Shown here one piece after another: positions 20,445-34,000 of a stretch of 64,000 bases of DNA. The position numbers were made by a program, and so were the translations under genes. Numbering within the stretch: position 1 is the first letter of the stretch; every line of letters starts with the position of its first letter. Source of the DNA: Zygnema circumcarinatum SAG 698-1b (Eukaryota > Plantae > Zygnematophyceae); contig CM074812.1 of NCBI GenBank assembly GCA_037447605.1, positions 2,542,001 to 2,606,000 of the forward strand. The letters run 5' to 3'. The notes beneath the pieces are model-generated. The model was not told the origin of the DNA and did no database searches. It worked only from the letters and a program-made list of their open reading frames with translations.

Positions 20445-21935
20445 TTAAATTATTTTCCTCAATTCCGCTCCCAAAGTGTAGGACGGCGCAATGTCGATCG
20501 GAACGTTCACTCTTTCCAATTTTTTGAGCGCGTAGTCGAGGGGCTCGGTCAGGGTTCCAAATTTTTGCAGAAGTTCGGCTGCCCCAGCCTTGTCGCCTTG
20601 TGCTTGAATGGTCAAAATTTTGGTGCTCAAACTTTTCACCGCTGCCCGAACCTATTTGTACCCAAACACAGCCCCCTCCCATCGTCATTTTGGCATTTTT
20701 CGTCGTCTGGTCACATGCGCACTTGCGTGAGAGAGAGGGAGAGGGGAGGGGAGGGAGAGGAAGGGGGAGGGAGAGGAAGGGGGAGGGAGGTAGGGGAGGG
20801 AGATGGCGGAGGAGGGAGAGAGGGATGGAAGAGGGAGGGAGAGGGAGAGGTAAAGGAAGGGGGAGGAGGAGGGGAGGGGAGGGAGAGGGAGAAAATAAGG
20901 GAGGAGGGAGAGGTGAAGCAAGTGGAGGGGAACGGGGCGGGAGAGGAAGAGAGAGAGAGAGGTGGAAGGAGAGGAGGGAGAAGAGAGGGAAAGGGAGAGG
21001 GAGGGGGAGAGGAGGAGAGGGAGAGAAAAAGAGCGTCCAAAACCCTGAGAGCGTCCAAAACCCTGAAAGCCTCCAAAACCCTGAGAGTCTCCAAAACCCT
21101 AAGTGCCTCCAAAACCCTACGAGCCTCCAAAACCCTGAGAGCGTCCAAAACCCTGAGAGCGTCCAAAACCCTGAGAGCCTCCAAAACCCTGCGAGCCTCC
21201 AAAACCCTGAGAGCGTCCAAAACCCTGAGAGCGTCTCCAAAACCCTAAGAGCCTCCAAAACCCTAAGAGCGTCCAAAACCCTGAGAACCGACGGAAGAGA
21301 AGGATAAGGAGAGAGAGGGAGAGAGAGAGAGAGAGAGAGACAGAGAGAGAGAGAGAGGGAGAGAAGCGCTACCTTTGTGAAATCCACCGCAAAATAACCG
21401 TCCTTCAGTACAAAGCCCCCTGCTTCGTAAATCCAGTTGAACTGAAGGGCTTGGCCCTTCCTGTGCCCCATTTGTACCCCATTCCTCTTTAAAAATCAGC
21501 AAACTCAAACACAAAAACTTCCTGCAGGTTTATGGTTTATCAAACGATCGAGTTTTAACGGGTTTGCAGGTTCCAATACGGCAGTTGAGAGACTTTTGTC
21601 GTTTTGTGCACTTTGAATATGGGGAAGGTTCTATTTGCAGTTTTCCGTTTCCGTTTTCCGTTGCAGCCAACGGAAAATTGCACATAGACCCTCCCCCATA
21701 TTCAAACTGCACAAGTCGACAAAAGTCCCCTAAAAACCCTAAAAACCTGCAACGGAGCAGAGCCCATACCCGTGTGCTTCCGCGAGGCCGAATCGAACGG
21801 AACGGAAACAGCCCGCAAGGAACGCCACGTACATCGCCTTCTCGAAACTCGCAGGGAGGAGGCCCTGTTGGGTTTTAGGGTTTGAAAAGAGAGAGAGAGA
21901 GAGGGAGAGAGGGAGAGAGGGCGAGAGAGAGAGAG

Positions 21936-22018
<83 letters not shown>

Positions 22019-25000
22019 ACGTCCCAAACAAAGCCCAAAAAGTTAAATACAAATAACATAAAATAAAAAAAACTAAAAGTATGAAAAAAGGGTGAATCGA
22101 CGAGTATAGTTGATATAAGCTTGACTGCCTCCATTCGAATTCGACGAAAAGAAACCCTAAGAACCCTAGAATCCCTATAATAGCCCTAATGTAAGTGGCT
22201 AAGAACCAAGAGATTAACCCTGACTTGTTCATTCTGCAAGTCACACCCCCAATCCTTTTCATTATTAAAATAATATGAAGGTGTATTGAATTTTTGAATT
22301 TTCCGTCAGACTGACCTTGTCCATGAGGTAATGGAGAGCCCACAAACCGACAATGTCCGCCTTCGCCTCCTCCAGAGAGGAATACAGCTCTTGGAGCTCC
22401 TGAAATCGGCCACACAAGGGGGGAGGAGATGAGGGAGGGAGGGAGAGGGAGGGNNNNNNNNNNGGGAGGGAGGGAGAGAGGGGAGGGAGGGGAGGGAGGG
22501 AAGGGAATGGAGGGAGGGGAGGGAATGGAGGGAGGGGAGGGACGGAGGGAGGGAGGGAGGGAGGGAGGGAGAAAGGAGGGGAGGGAGCGGAAACCGACGA
22601 CACCAATGATATGCAGAAAACCCACAAATGACCGCCCCTGTGCCTTGTTTCAAATTGAACCACTTTTGGTTTCTTCTGTTTCCTTTGTTCACACCTTGTG
22701 CCCATTTCCACGGAGCTGCTACGTGAACCGTCAGATCCGTACCTGGCGAGCCGTTGATTTCCCGCCACCTGGCAGCGTGATGGTGTGCGGGCCAATCCCG
22801 TGGCAGCATTCGTGGCAGAGGGTGTGCGTGTAGAAGGCGTCGAAACTCACTTCGTCTTTTTGGTCGCCGCGGATCAAAGTGGCGGCAATGGGAAGCAGAA
22901 TCTTCTCAAACCTGTGCGGAATCCCATTGGGAGAGGGAGAGAGAGAGAGAGAGGGGAGAGGGAGAGTGAGAGGGGGTGGAGGGAGAAGGGGAGAAACAGC
23001 GAGAGTGGAATAGAGGGAGAGGGAGAGGGAGAGAGAAGAGGGATGGAGCGAGGGAGAGTAAGAAGAGAGGGAGAGTGAGAGGGGGATAGAGGGAGAAGGA
23101 GAGAGACAGCGAGCGTGGGATAGAGGTATAGGGAGAGGGAGGAAGAGAAGAGGGATGGAGAGAGGGAGAGTAAGAAGAGAGGGAGAGTGAGAGGGGGATA
23201 GAGGGAAAGGGAGAAGGAGAGGGAGGAAGAGAAGAGGGGTGTCGAGAGGGGGAGACAGAAGAGAGGGAGAGTGAGAGGGGGATAGAGGGAGACGGACAGA
23301 GACAGCGAGAGTGGGACAGAGGGAGAGGGAGAGGAAGGGAGAGAACAGGAGGGATGGAGAGAGGGAGAGAGAGAGGAGAGGGAGAGTGAGAGGGGAATAA
23401 AGGGAGAAGGAGAGGGTGGGAGAGACAGGGGGAGGGAGAGTGGGAGCGAGAGGGGAGATGGAGAGTGAGAGGGAGAGAGAGGGAGGGGTAAAGAGGGAGG
23501 GGGAGAGAGACAGTGAGACTGGGGTAAAGGAAGAGGAAGAGAGAAAGAGGGAGAGAGAGAGATAGAGAGAAGGGGGGGTCAGCAACAAAGGCAAAGGCAT
23601 TCAGTGACACCGGCAGGTCACATATCAGAATGGGTATATATGCATGGATGCATGGATGCATGCGGCGTACTTAGCCTCAGACACGTTCCGGAGCATGACC
23701 ATGGCCGTCCCGCGGTCGCGAGTGATGCGCTCGTCGTTGGGGAGGTTGAAGGCGACCGTCTGGGGGCCCTTCACGTCCTGGGGAGGGAGAGGCAGGGAGG
23801 GGAGGAGAGAGAGGGAGGGAGAGAGAGAGAGGGAGAGGGAGAGAGATGGGAATATATACAGAGAGAGGGAGAGTGGGAGAGAGGGAGTGTGGGATAGAGG
23901 GAGAGAGAGAGAGAGGGGAGAGAGGGAGAGAGAGAGGGAGAGGGAGAGAGAGGGGAGAGAGAGGGAAATACATAAAGAGAGAGAGAGAGTGGGATAGAGG
24001 GAGAGAGAGAGAGCGGGGAGAGAAAGAGATAGAAAGAGACATATATAAAGGGACAGAGAGATAGAGAGAGATATACATAAAGAGAGCGAGAGAGAGGGGA
24101 GAGAGAGAGAGATAGAGAGGTATATAATATATATATGACGAGAGAGAGAGGGGAAAGAGAGATAAGAGAGAATCATATATAAAAGATAGAGAGAGTGGGA
24201 GTGAAGGGGAATGAGAGTGAGAAAAAGGACGGGGGGAGTAGGAGGGAAGGGGAACGAGAGAGGAACGGGAGCGACGGTGAAAGAGAGGACGGAAAGGGGG
24301 GGAGACTGAAGAGAGGGTAAGGAGAGGCAAGGAACATGGGAACCCTCACTTCAACCTCATTCCCTTATGCACCATCTTCCTAAGTGCTCCGATTCATCAC
24401 TTCAAAATCCTTTATACAGTCTTTCAAGTCTTCCAAGTCTTTGCAAATGATATCGTTCATTTCCGGATTTTTAGGGTTTTAGGGTATTTAGGGTTTATAG
24501 GGCGTACCCCGGCGGAGAAGACGAGCTGAATGACTCGAATGGGAGAGGAGCCCTCCACGCGCTGCTTGTACTCGTCGGCCTCGGGGAGGTGGTCCTCCAG
24601 CTCCTGCAGGGGGAGAGGGAGAGGGAGAGAGAGAGAGAGAGAGGGGGAGAGAGAGAGAGGGGAGAGAGAGGGGAGGGGAAGAGGGGGACAGTGTAAGAGA
24701 GTGAGAGGGAGAGGGAGGGAGAAAGAGTGAGATGGGAGAGAGTGAGAGAGAGAGAGGTGTGGGAGTGGGGGAGAGAGTAGAAGAGAGAGAGAGGGAGAGG
24801 GAGAGAGAAAGAGTGAGAGGGGAGAGGGAGAGAGAGAGTGGGGTCGGAGAGGGAGAGAGTGCGGAGAAGAGGGGGGGAGGGGTGACGGAGGGGGAGAGGG
24901 AGAGAGAGAGTGGCGAGGGTGGGTGTCAGGTGTGGGGAGGAAGGGTAAGAGAGAAGTGGCGTAGGGAGGACGGAAGATGGGAGAGGGGTGAGAGAAAGTA

Positions 25001-28000
25001 ATGGAGGTAGAGAGAGAGGCGGAGTAGCGCGAGAGCAACGGCGGTGTGACAAAGAGGGGAGAGGGAGGGTGTGGGGGGGGAGAGAGGAAGGGAGAGAGAG
25101 AGAGAGAGAGTCGACCCCTCCCACCTGAAGGTGATCTCCGAAAAGTTTGACTTTTGCAGTCGCATCGTCATCCCTCAATCCAATGAACGCTTCAAATGTG
25201 GCCTTCACTCCAGACAGAGAGATAGGAAGAGAGAGAGAGAGGAAGAGAGAGGGAGGGAGAGGGTGAGAGAGGAAGACGGAAAGAGTGAGGGAGAGGGAGT
25301 GGGGAGGGAGAGTGAGAGTGAGAACAATTGGACGCATAAATACACGTTACTACCTCCCTTCCCCCCCACCCCCACTATATGAAGGATATAACGGTAAAAG
25401 AAAAGTTGGAGTTTCAATTGGGGTACAAATGGCCTTAGAGCCCGTCCGTACTTTGTACCCAAAAAGAGCGTCTTCGTACGTCTCGTACGGACCAATGGTG
25501 ATGTCCACAGGGGAGTCCTGCACGCCGAAATAAGTAAATTAGAGAAGGAGAGGGAGGGAGAGAGAAGGGGAGGGAGAGAGGGAGTGAGAGTGGGAGAGAG
25601 GAAGAGAGAGAGAGAGAGGGAGAGGGTGAGACAGGGCGAGAAAGTGGGTGACAGAGAGAGAGAGAGAGGGAGGGAGTGACAGAGGGAGAGAGAGATGGAG
25701 GGAGAGAGTGAAAGAGGGAGAGGGAGGGTGAGAGAGGGAGAGAAAGTGAGTGATAGGAGGAGAGTGGGAGAAAGGGTAGGGGAGTGAGAGGGTGAGTAGA
25801 GGGGAGGGTGGCAGTGAGTGACAGTGGGAGAGAGAGAGAGGGAGGGAGAGGGTGAGAGAGGGAGAGGGAGCGACAGAGGGAGAGTGGGAGAGAGAGGGAG
25901 GGACACGGTGAGAGTGGGAGAGGGTGGGAGTGACAGAGGGAGAGTGGGAGGGAGGGAGATATAGACAGAGAGAGAACGAGAGAGAGAGAGAGAGAGAGGT
26001 GCCCACCAGGTCCATCCAGGCAACATCGGACTCGTAATAATCATTTGAAAGGAAGGCGTCTGCCCGAGCGGACAAAAACTTCTTTAAGCTGCCCGCATGA
26101 CGACAAAAACGACAAAAAAAAAGGACAGAAACAACTTTTTTTTAAATACGCTTAAGCCCTGAAAGAATTGTATCCCAAATTCATGAAATTTTGAACCCTA
26201 TGCGGAGACTTAAAACCTTGTTTTAGGGGTTTAGGGGGTTTTAGGATTACACAGATTTAGGGTTTCAGGTGTTTAAAAATTGAGGGTTTTAGGGTTTTGG
26301 GGTTTGCAGAGTTTCCTAGGGATTTTAAGATTTTCTTTTTGAAGTTACATCGACACATGCAAAATTGTAGAAACCTCGATAATGTTAACTCAGGAAACAG
26401 AAATGTTAACTTTAGAGACAATGGAAACCCTTAACCCTAAACCCTAAACCCTAAACAAACTTTAAAAAAAAAAAAATCCTCAAAATCGTAAAATCCAAAA
26501 CCAGAAACCCGTAAAAAGTTGGTTTTTCCGAACCTCGGAGTTTCGGCGAATTCCGCCGCTTTTTTGAGGCACTTTTTTGCCTCTTCAAGGAGGGTTCCGT
26601 ACTCCGTACTATACGGAAGAATCTGGAGGTCTCGGTCTCCTTTGACAACGACCGAACCGTTTTCAGCGTTCACACTGCGAAGGGGTTCAGATTTGTCCTG
26701 ATCGGTGGGCCTCCGAATGACTGTAAAAAAGCCCTTCGCAGCCTCTCGTTCTTCGGGAGTCAGTTTGCTCTCCCACAGTTCGAACTCCTGAGAGGGAGAG
26801 GGAGAGGGAGAGGAAGAGGGAGGGGGAGAGGGAGAGGGTGAGGGTGTGGGTGAAGGGGACAGGGAGAGGCGGAGGGAAAGGGAGAGGGGGAGGGGAGAGA
26901 GATTGAGAGGGAGACGGAGGGAGGGGGAAAGGGAGAGGGTGAGTGTGTGGGTGAGGGAAGGGGAGAGGGAGAGGAAGAGGGGGAGGGGGAGAGAGATTGA
27001 GAGGGAGACGGAGGGAGGGGGAGGGGGAGGGAGATTGAGATGGAGAGGGAGGGCGAGGGAGAGGGAGAGGGACGGAGAGGGACGGAGAGGGAGAGGGAGA
27101 GGGAGAGGGCGAGGAAGAGGGTGAGGGTGAGGGAGAGGGCAAGGGAGTAGTAGAGAGGAGGGGGAGGGAGTGGGGAGGGCAGCAGAGGCGGGTAAGTGAA
27201 GGAAGGAGAAGAGGAGAGGAAGGGAGCCAAAGGGAGGGGAGGAAAGTGGAGAAGGGAGCGGAACACAAAGGGAGGGGCATAATGAGAAAGTCAGAGGGAG
27301 AGAAAAGCATCAGATAGAAGGAAGAGAAACATAGGACGAGAAGAAACGGTGGATGGAAACGGAGAGGTCTAGGAAAAGAAGAGGAAGAGCGAGAGCATCG
27401 TAGAGGGAGCGAGCTCACGGTGAAACAAGCGAATGCAGTGAGGTGGACAAGAAGAGGGAGGGAGAGAGGGAGAGGGAGTGGGAGAGGGAGGAAGAGAGGA
27501 ACAAGGAGAGGGAATGGAATTTGGAGAGGTACGAGGTGAAGGATAGGGAGCGAGAGAGGGACAAGGAGAAGGAGAGCGAGAGGAAGAGGGAGAGGGAGAG
27601 GGAGAGGGAGAGGGAGAGGGAGAGGGAGAGGGAGAGGGAGAGGGAGAGGGAGAGGGAGAGGGAGAGGGACACACGATCCTATCCATGTCGAGGGGGTAGA
27701 AGTTGGCTCCTTTCGGCTTCACTTGCGAAAGCAGCAGCGCTCGAAATCGGACTCGCAGTCTGAACTCCTCCCTTCACGGGCCGGGCCGGGCGAGTACCAC
27801 TCGAACCGCTAGCCGTAGTGCTGGTAGGGCTCGCTCGGCCAAGGACCGACCTGCATAAAGTGATAGAGGAAGAGGAGAGAGAGAGAGTGAGAGAGAGAGA
27901 GAGACAAAGGGAGAGAAAAGGACAGAGAGAGAAGCGAGAGAGAGAAAGAAAGAAAGATAGGGATGGGGAGAGGTGGGACAAAGAAAACGAGAGAGGGACA

Positions 28001-31000
28001 AGGAGAGAAAGGAAAGGAAGCGAGCGAGATAGAGAGAAGAGAGATGGGAGAAAGAGGGTGACAGGGAGAAAGTGAAAGAGAGCGAGAGAGTTGGACACAG
28101 AGGACAAGAAAGAGATAGAGAGAGAATCGAGAAAGGAAAGGGAGTGATTGACAGAGAGATTGAGAGAAATGAAAAAAAAATCACTATATTTTTGTTTCTT
28201 TATTTTTGCGAACGCAAACAAAATAGAAAAAAATCCCTATCTAACGGTCTCCTCCCTCCTTCTCCCTCCCTCCCTCCCCCCCTCCCTCCCTCCCTCCCTC
28301 CCTCCCACCCACCAGGGGCTCTTATTAACGCGGTAGTAGTGCAGCTTCGCGCGGTCCAAAGGAGAGGCCTTCGCAGCGCCCCCGCGCGCCTCGAGCTCCA
28401 ATCGGAGGGCGGGATTGGAGGGGCTCTCCTGCAAGGATTAGGGTTGGGAGGGAGGGAGGGAGGGAGGGGGGGTGTGGGACAAGGGGAGGGAGAGGGAGAG
28501 GGAGAGGGAGAAGGGGAGGGGGAGGGGGAGGGGGAGGGAGNNNNNNNNNNGGGGGAGGGAGAGTCGGAGGGACAGGGAGAGAGGGTGGGGAAAGGAGAGG
28601 GAGTGGGGGATGGAGAGAGAGAGGGAGAGGGTGAGGAAGAGGGAGAGGGAGAGGGAGAAGGAGAATGAGAGAGGAGGGGGAGGAGCGGAAGGGGAGGGAG
28701 GAGGACGAGCGGGAGGAGCGGGAGAGGGAGAGAGAGTGTGGGAGAAAGAGATGGGCGAAAGGGATGGGAGGGAGAGGAGGGATTGGAGGGAAGAAGATGG
28801 TGGGAAAGGACGGAGAGGGAAGGGAGAGGGAGAGGGAGATAGAGGGAGTGAGGGAGGGAGGGAGAGAGGGGAAGAGAGAGGGAGTGGAGGCAGAGGAAGA
28901 GGGAAAGGGGTGGAGAGATGGAGAGGACGAGTGGGAGGGGAAGATTTTTGTCGTCTTTCCCTTCCGTACCTGCACGAGAAATATCTCCTCCAGCGACTCC
29001 GCTGCTTTTACTGTCCACCTCAGCGCCTCTCTGTCTCCATCGCTCAGTTTCGACAGCTGGAAAGGACATAGAACCCGCCGTTAACCGTTTTTAGGGTTTT
29101 AGGGTTTTAGGGTTTTTAGGGTTTCTAGGGTTTTAAGGGTTTTAAGGTTTTTAGGGTTTTTAGGGTTTTTAGGGTTTTTAGGGTTTTCAGGGTTTAAGGG
29201 TTTAAGGTTTTTAGGGTTTTTAGGGTTTTGAGGGTTTTTAGGGTTTTAGGGTTTTTAGGGTTTTTAGGGTTTTTAGGGTTTTTAGGGTTTTTAGGGTTNN
29301 NNNNNNNNAAAAAAAAAAAAAAAAAAACAGAGGAGGGTAAGAGGAAGCCAGAGTGGGGACAGAAAAGAAAAACGAAACTAAGACATTGGAGTGAAAGGAA
29401 CCCCCCAACTAAAAGATATTAAAAAATCTCACTCTCTCCCTCTCTCTCTCTCTTTCCCACTTCGTCTCTCACTCCCCTCCCTGACTCCTCTCCCCCACCC
29501 CCTCCCTGTCCCTCCCCCTCTCCCTCCCCCCTCCCCCCTCCCCATCCCACCCTCTCTCTCTCCCTCTCTTGCTCTCTCTACGCACTCTCCCTCAACATTT
29601 TGAGAAGAAACACACGAAACCCTAAACTACACTGCATCAAACTAAACTAAGTCAAATGAGATTCAACCACATCAAGTTTAAACAAACTGAACCACTGCAC
29701 AACTGAAACGTCATAGAACATAATTCATCAACTTCAAATTACATTATTATTTTTCTTTACCGTTCTCGGAATGTATCGAAGAGCCGTCCGTACGCTCCGT
29801 AAATATTGAGAGGCACAAAGGAGGGGTCGCCCCTAACCAGTGCTGCCTCGTAGGCTTCAAAGGGGAGCCACTTCACCGCCTCTACCTCGCTGGCCTGGGA
29901 GGGAGAGAGGGAGGGAGAGGGAGGGAGAAAGGGAGAGGGAGGGAGAGGGAGGGAGAGGGAGGGAGAGGGAGGGAGNNNNNNNNNNGGGAGGGAGAGGGAG
30001 GGAGAGAGAGGGAGAGAGCGGGAGAGGGAGGGAGGGGGGGAGAGAGAGTGAGGGGAGGGGGAGGGAAGGGGGGAGAGAGTGTGAGGGGAGGGGGAGGGAG
30101 TGGGAGAGAGGGGAAGGGGGGAGGGGAGAGGAAGGGAGCGGGCTTGGGGAGTGGGGAGAGTTGGGGGGAGAGGGAGGGAGGCAGAGAGAGAGGAAGAGAG
30201 AGATGAAGATGGGGGCAGAGGGGGGAGAGGGGAGGAAGATAAGGGGGAGTGTGAGAGAGATGGGGAGTGGGAGTGAGAGAGACGAGAGAAAAAAGAGTGA
30301 GGGAGGGAGGAAGAGGGGACCGAGAGAGGGAAGGGATGGAAAGGACAGAGGGGGGTAGACAGGAAGGGGGGCGCAAGAGGGAGAGAGAGAGAGGGGAGAG
30401 TGGTAGACAGGGAGAGGGGCGAGAGAGAGGAAGGGGGAGAGAGAGGGGAGAGAGGGAGAGGCGGAAAGATAGAGGGGGAAGAGAGAAGGGAGAAGAGAAA
30501 GGGGGAGTGAGAGGGGGAGGGAGCGGAAGAGGGAGAGGGAGAGGGAGAGGGAGGGAGAGAGCGGAGATTATCTCTCTTTCTCCCCCCTACTCTCACTTCG
30601 CTCTCATTCTCTCCCCCTCCCCCTCTCCTACTTTCTTTCTCGTCTCCCTTCCCTCCTCTCTTCTCCCCTCGCTCCCCTGTCTCTCCTTCCCACATGTCTC
30701 ACTCTCCCCCCCCCAATACGTGTCTCTCCTCTCTATCATCCCCTTTTTTCCCCCGTTTCCCCTCCCCCCTCTTTCTCTGCCGCCCTCTCGCCCCCCCGTC
30801 TCTCCTCTCCTCTCTCTTATTTCCTTCTCCTCTCTCTCTTCCACTCTTCCCTCATCTCTCTTTCTTCACAATAAGTACAACCCGGAACCCTGCATTCTCC
30901 ACAAAGAGGGTCGAGAGAGGGTGGGAGAGCGAGGGAGGGAGAGAGTGGGGAGAGAGAGAGGGAGAGCGAGTGGGAGACAGAGATGGAGACGGAGGGGAGA

Positions 31001-34000
31001 GGGGGGAGGGGAGAGGAAGGGAGCGGGGGGGGGGGAGTGGGGAGAGTGTGGGGGAGAGAGAGGGAGGGAGGGAGTGAGAGTGGGGAGAGAGAGAGAGACT
31101 GGAGCGAGAGTGGGAGAGAGAGATGGAGAGGGAGAGGGGGAAAGGGAGAGGGAGAAGGCGGGCGTGGGGGAGTGGGGAGAGAGGGGGAGGAGAGAGTGGG
31201 AGGGAGGGAGAGAGTGGGCAGAGAGGGAGACGGGAGGTAGGGAAGGAGGGAGAGGAGAGGGAGAGAGAGAGTGCAGCACCTGCAGTGTGAAGGCGTCGAG
31301 GGGGATGGGTTCGAGCAGAGTCACAAGGTACACATCGTTGTATTCATTGTTCACAAAAGCTCCGCCATTAGTGTTCCTGTTCTCGCCCGAAAAATGGTAA
31401 ATAAGGAAAATAAGCCCTTCCTTATTACTTATTAAACTCAGTAAAGTGCTAACTTCGAAAAAGAAAAAGAAGTTAGAATCAATTGAAGGAATGAAAAACA
31501 GGGTTTTTCAAAAAATGAAAAAAAACTTGTTCTCTGCCTCCCGAACTCCATAACATGGAAATTTCGAAACAAGCCCCTTAGGAATCAAAACTGATTTTGT
31601 GTGAACTTCTTGTATGGTGCAAACAATGTAATTAGGGAGAGCTTTACTTTTGAAGGCCTAAGAAGTTGCGATGCGTGAGAGAGGAGGAGAGAGAGGTTTG
31701 GAGAGAGGGTAGGGGAGAGAGACTTGAAGAGAGCGTGGGAGAGGGAGGAAAAAGGGAAGGAGAAAAGGGTAGCCGCGGGGGGAGGAGAGAAGAAGAGAGG
31801 AGAGAGAGTGGGAGAGAAGGATAAAGGGGAGAAGAGTGAGAAACGTGGTGGGGAGAGAGAGGGAAGAGATGGGGAAGGAGACGAAGGGAAAAAGGGAGCA
31901 AGGGGGAGGAGGGGAGAGAAAAGGAGAGGAGGGAGTGTGGGAGAGAGGGAGAGAAAGAGAAGAGTGGGAGATGTGAGGGGGGGGAGAGAGAGAGGCGATA
32001 GGGCGAAGAGGGTGGGAGAGAGTGGGAAGAGATGGAGAAGGAGACGAGGAAAAAAAGGGAGCAAGGGGGAGGAGGGGAGAGAAGGGGAGAGGAGGGAGTA
32101 TGGCAGAGAGGGAGAGAAAGGGAAGAGTGGGAGATGTGAGGGGGAAGAGAGAGAGGCGATAAGGGGAAGAGGGAGGGAGAGAGAGGGAAGAGTTGAGAAG
32201 GAGACGAGGAAAAAAAGGGAGCAAGGAGGAGGAGGGGAGAGAAGGGGAGAGGAGGGAGTATGGCAGAGAGGGAGAGAAAGAGAAGAGTGGGAGATGTGAG
32301 GGGGAAGAGAGAGAGCCGATAGGGGGAAGAGGGTGGGAGAAAGAGGGAAGAGATGGAGAAGGAGACGAGGAAAAAAAAGGGAGCAATGGGGAGGAGGGGA
32401 GAGAAGGGGAGAGGAGGGAGTATGGCAGAGAGGGAGAGAAAGGGAAGAGTGGGAGATGTGAGGGGGAAGAGAGAGAGGCGATAAGGGGAAGAGGGAGGGA
32501 GAGAGAGGGAAGAGTTGAGAAGGAGACGAGGAAAAAAAAGGGAGCAAGGGGGAGGAGGGGAGAGAAGGGGAGAGGAGGGAGTGTGGGAGAGAGGGATAGA
32601 AAGGGAAGAGTGGGAGATGTGAGGGGGAAGAGAGAGAGGCGATAAGGGGAAGAGGGAGGGAGAGAGAGGGAAGAGTTGAGAAGGAGACGAGGAAAAAAAA
32701 GGGAGCAAGGGGGAGGAGGGGAGAGAAGGGGAGAGGAGGGAGTGTGGGAGAGAGGGATAGAAAGAGAAGAGTGGGAGATGTGGGGGGAAGAGAGAGAGGT
32801 TGGGAGAGAGGGGGAGGATCATTACTCGTGCTGTAAATACTCAAAAAGAAATTCGAAGGCGATTTCAGGAAGCTTCACTCCCAACTCCTCCTCGAGTTCC
32901 CGCCTGCATGTCGGCCCCCTTTTGAAATTAAAATATAAAAGGAAGAAATGAAAGTCTCTGGGAAAAGAAAGGGGCATAAAAAGAAGGAAAATTCTATTTT
33001 TTTTTAATTTCATGTTCGTTCTCATATTTTGGATTAAGTTTTCGAATCTAACCTTTTTTTCAAATTTTATTTTATCGTGTTTTTTTATTTTTTAGTTTTT
33101 TGGGAAAACCTGGCGGTGGCGAGAGAGGTATCGCCGGCGGAAATATGTCCGGCGCTGGAAATGTCCCAAAGACCTGCCCAGGAATCTTTTTGGGCTGCCC
33201 GCTTTTGCAGAAGAAGCTGCCCGGAAGCTTCCGCATACAGCCAAACGTGCACCGCCCGGTGGCAGAGACCCTCCGCGTGCACTCGCCGCCTGCCACCGAG
33301 GATTAGGTTTTAGGGTTTAGGGTTTAGCGTTTAGGGTTAGGGTTTAGGGGTTAGGGTTTACGGTTAAAGGTTTAGGTTTAGGGTTTAGGGGTCAGGGTTT
33401 AGCTTTTAGGGTTTAGGGTTTGGAGTTTAGGGCTCGCCGCCTGCCACCGAGGATTAGGTTTTAGGGTTTAGGGTTTAGCGTTTAGGGTTAGGGTTTAGGG
33501 GTTAGGGTTTACGGTTAAAGGTTTAGGTTTAGGGTTTAGGGGTCAGGGTTTAGCTTTTAGGGTTTAGGGTTTGGAGTTTAGGGTGTAGGGTTAGGGTTTA
33601 GGGTTAGGGGTTAGCGTTCAGCTTTTATGGTCTAGGGTTTGGAGTTTAGGTTGTAGGGTTAGGGTTTAGGGTTTACGGGTAAGGGTTTGGAGATAAGGGT
33701 GTAGGGCTAGGGTTTAGGGGTTAGGGTTAAGAGTTAGGGGTTGCTGTTTAGGGCGGTTTAGGGTTTGGGAAATAGGGTTTCGAGTTTCGAGTTAGGGTTT
33801 AGGAATTTTAGAGTTTAGGGTTTAGGAGGAAGGGTGGGAGGAAGGGAGAGAGGGCGAGAAGAGAGAGAGAGAGGGAGAGAGAGAGAGTGGGAGAGACAGG
33901 GAGAGAGGGAGAGAGAGAGGGAGAGAGGGAGAGAGAGAGGGAGAGAGAGAGGAGGAGAGGGAGAGAGAGAGGGAGAGAGGGAGAGAGAGAGGGAGAGAGG

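Noticed and set aside
29088-33830. TTTAGGG arrays as true chromosome ends
   Set aside because: They are degenerate, occur in both orientations and sit inside introns of continuous genes.
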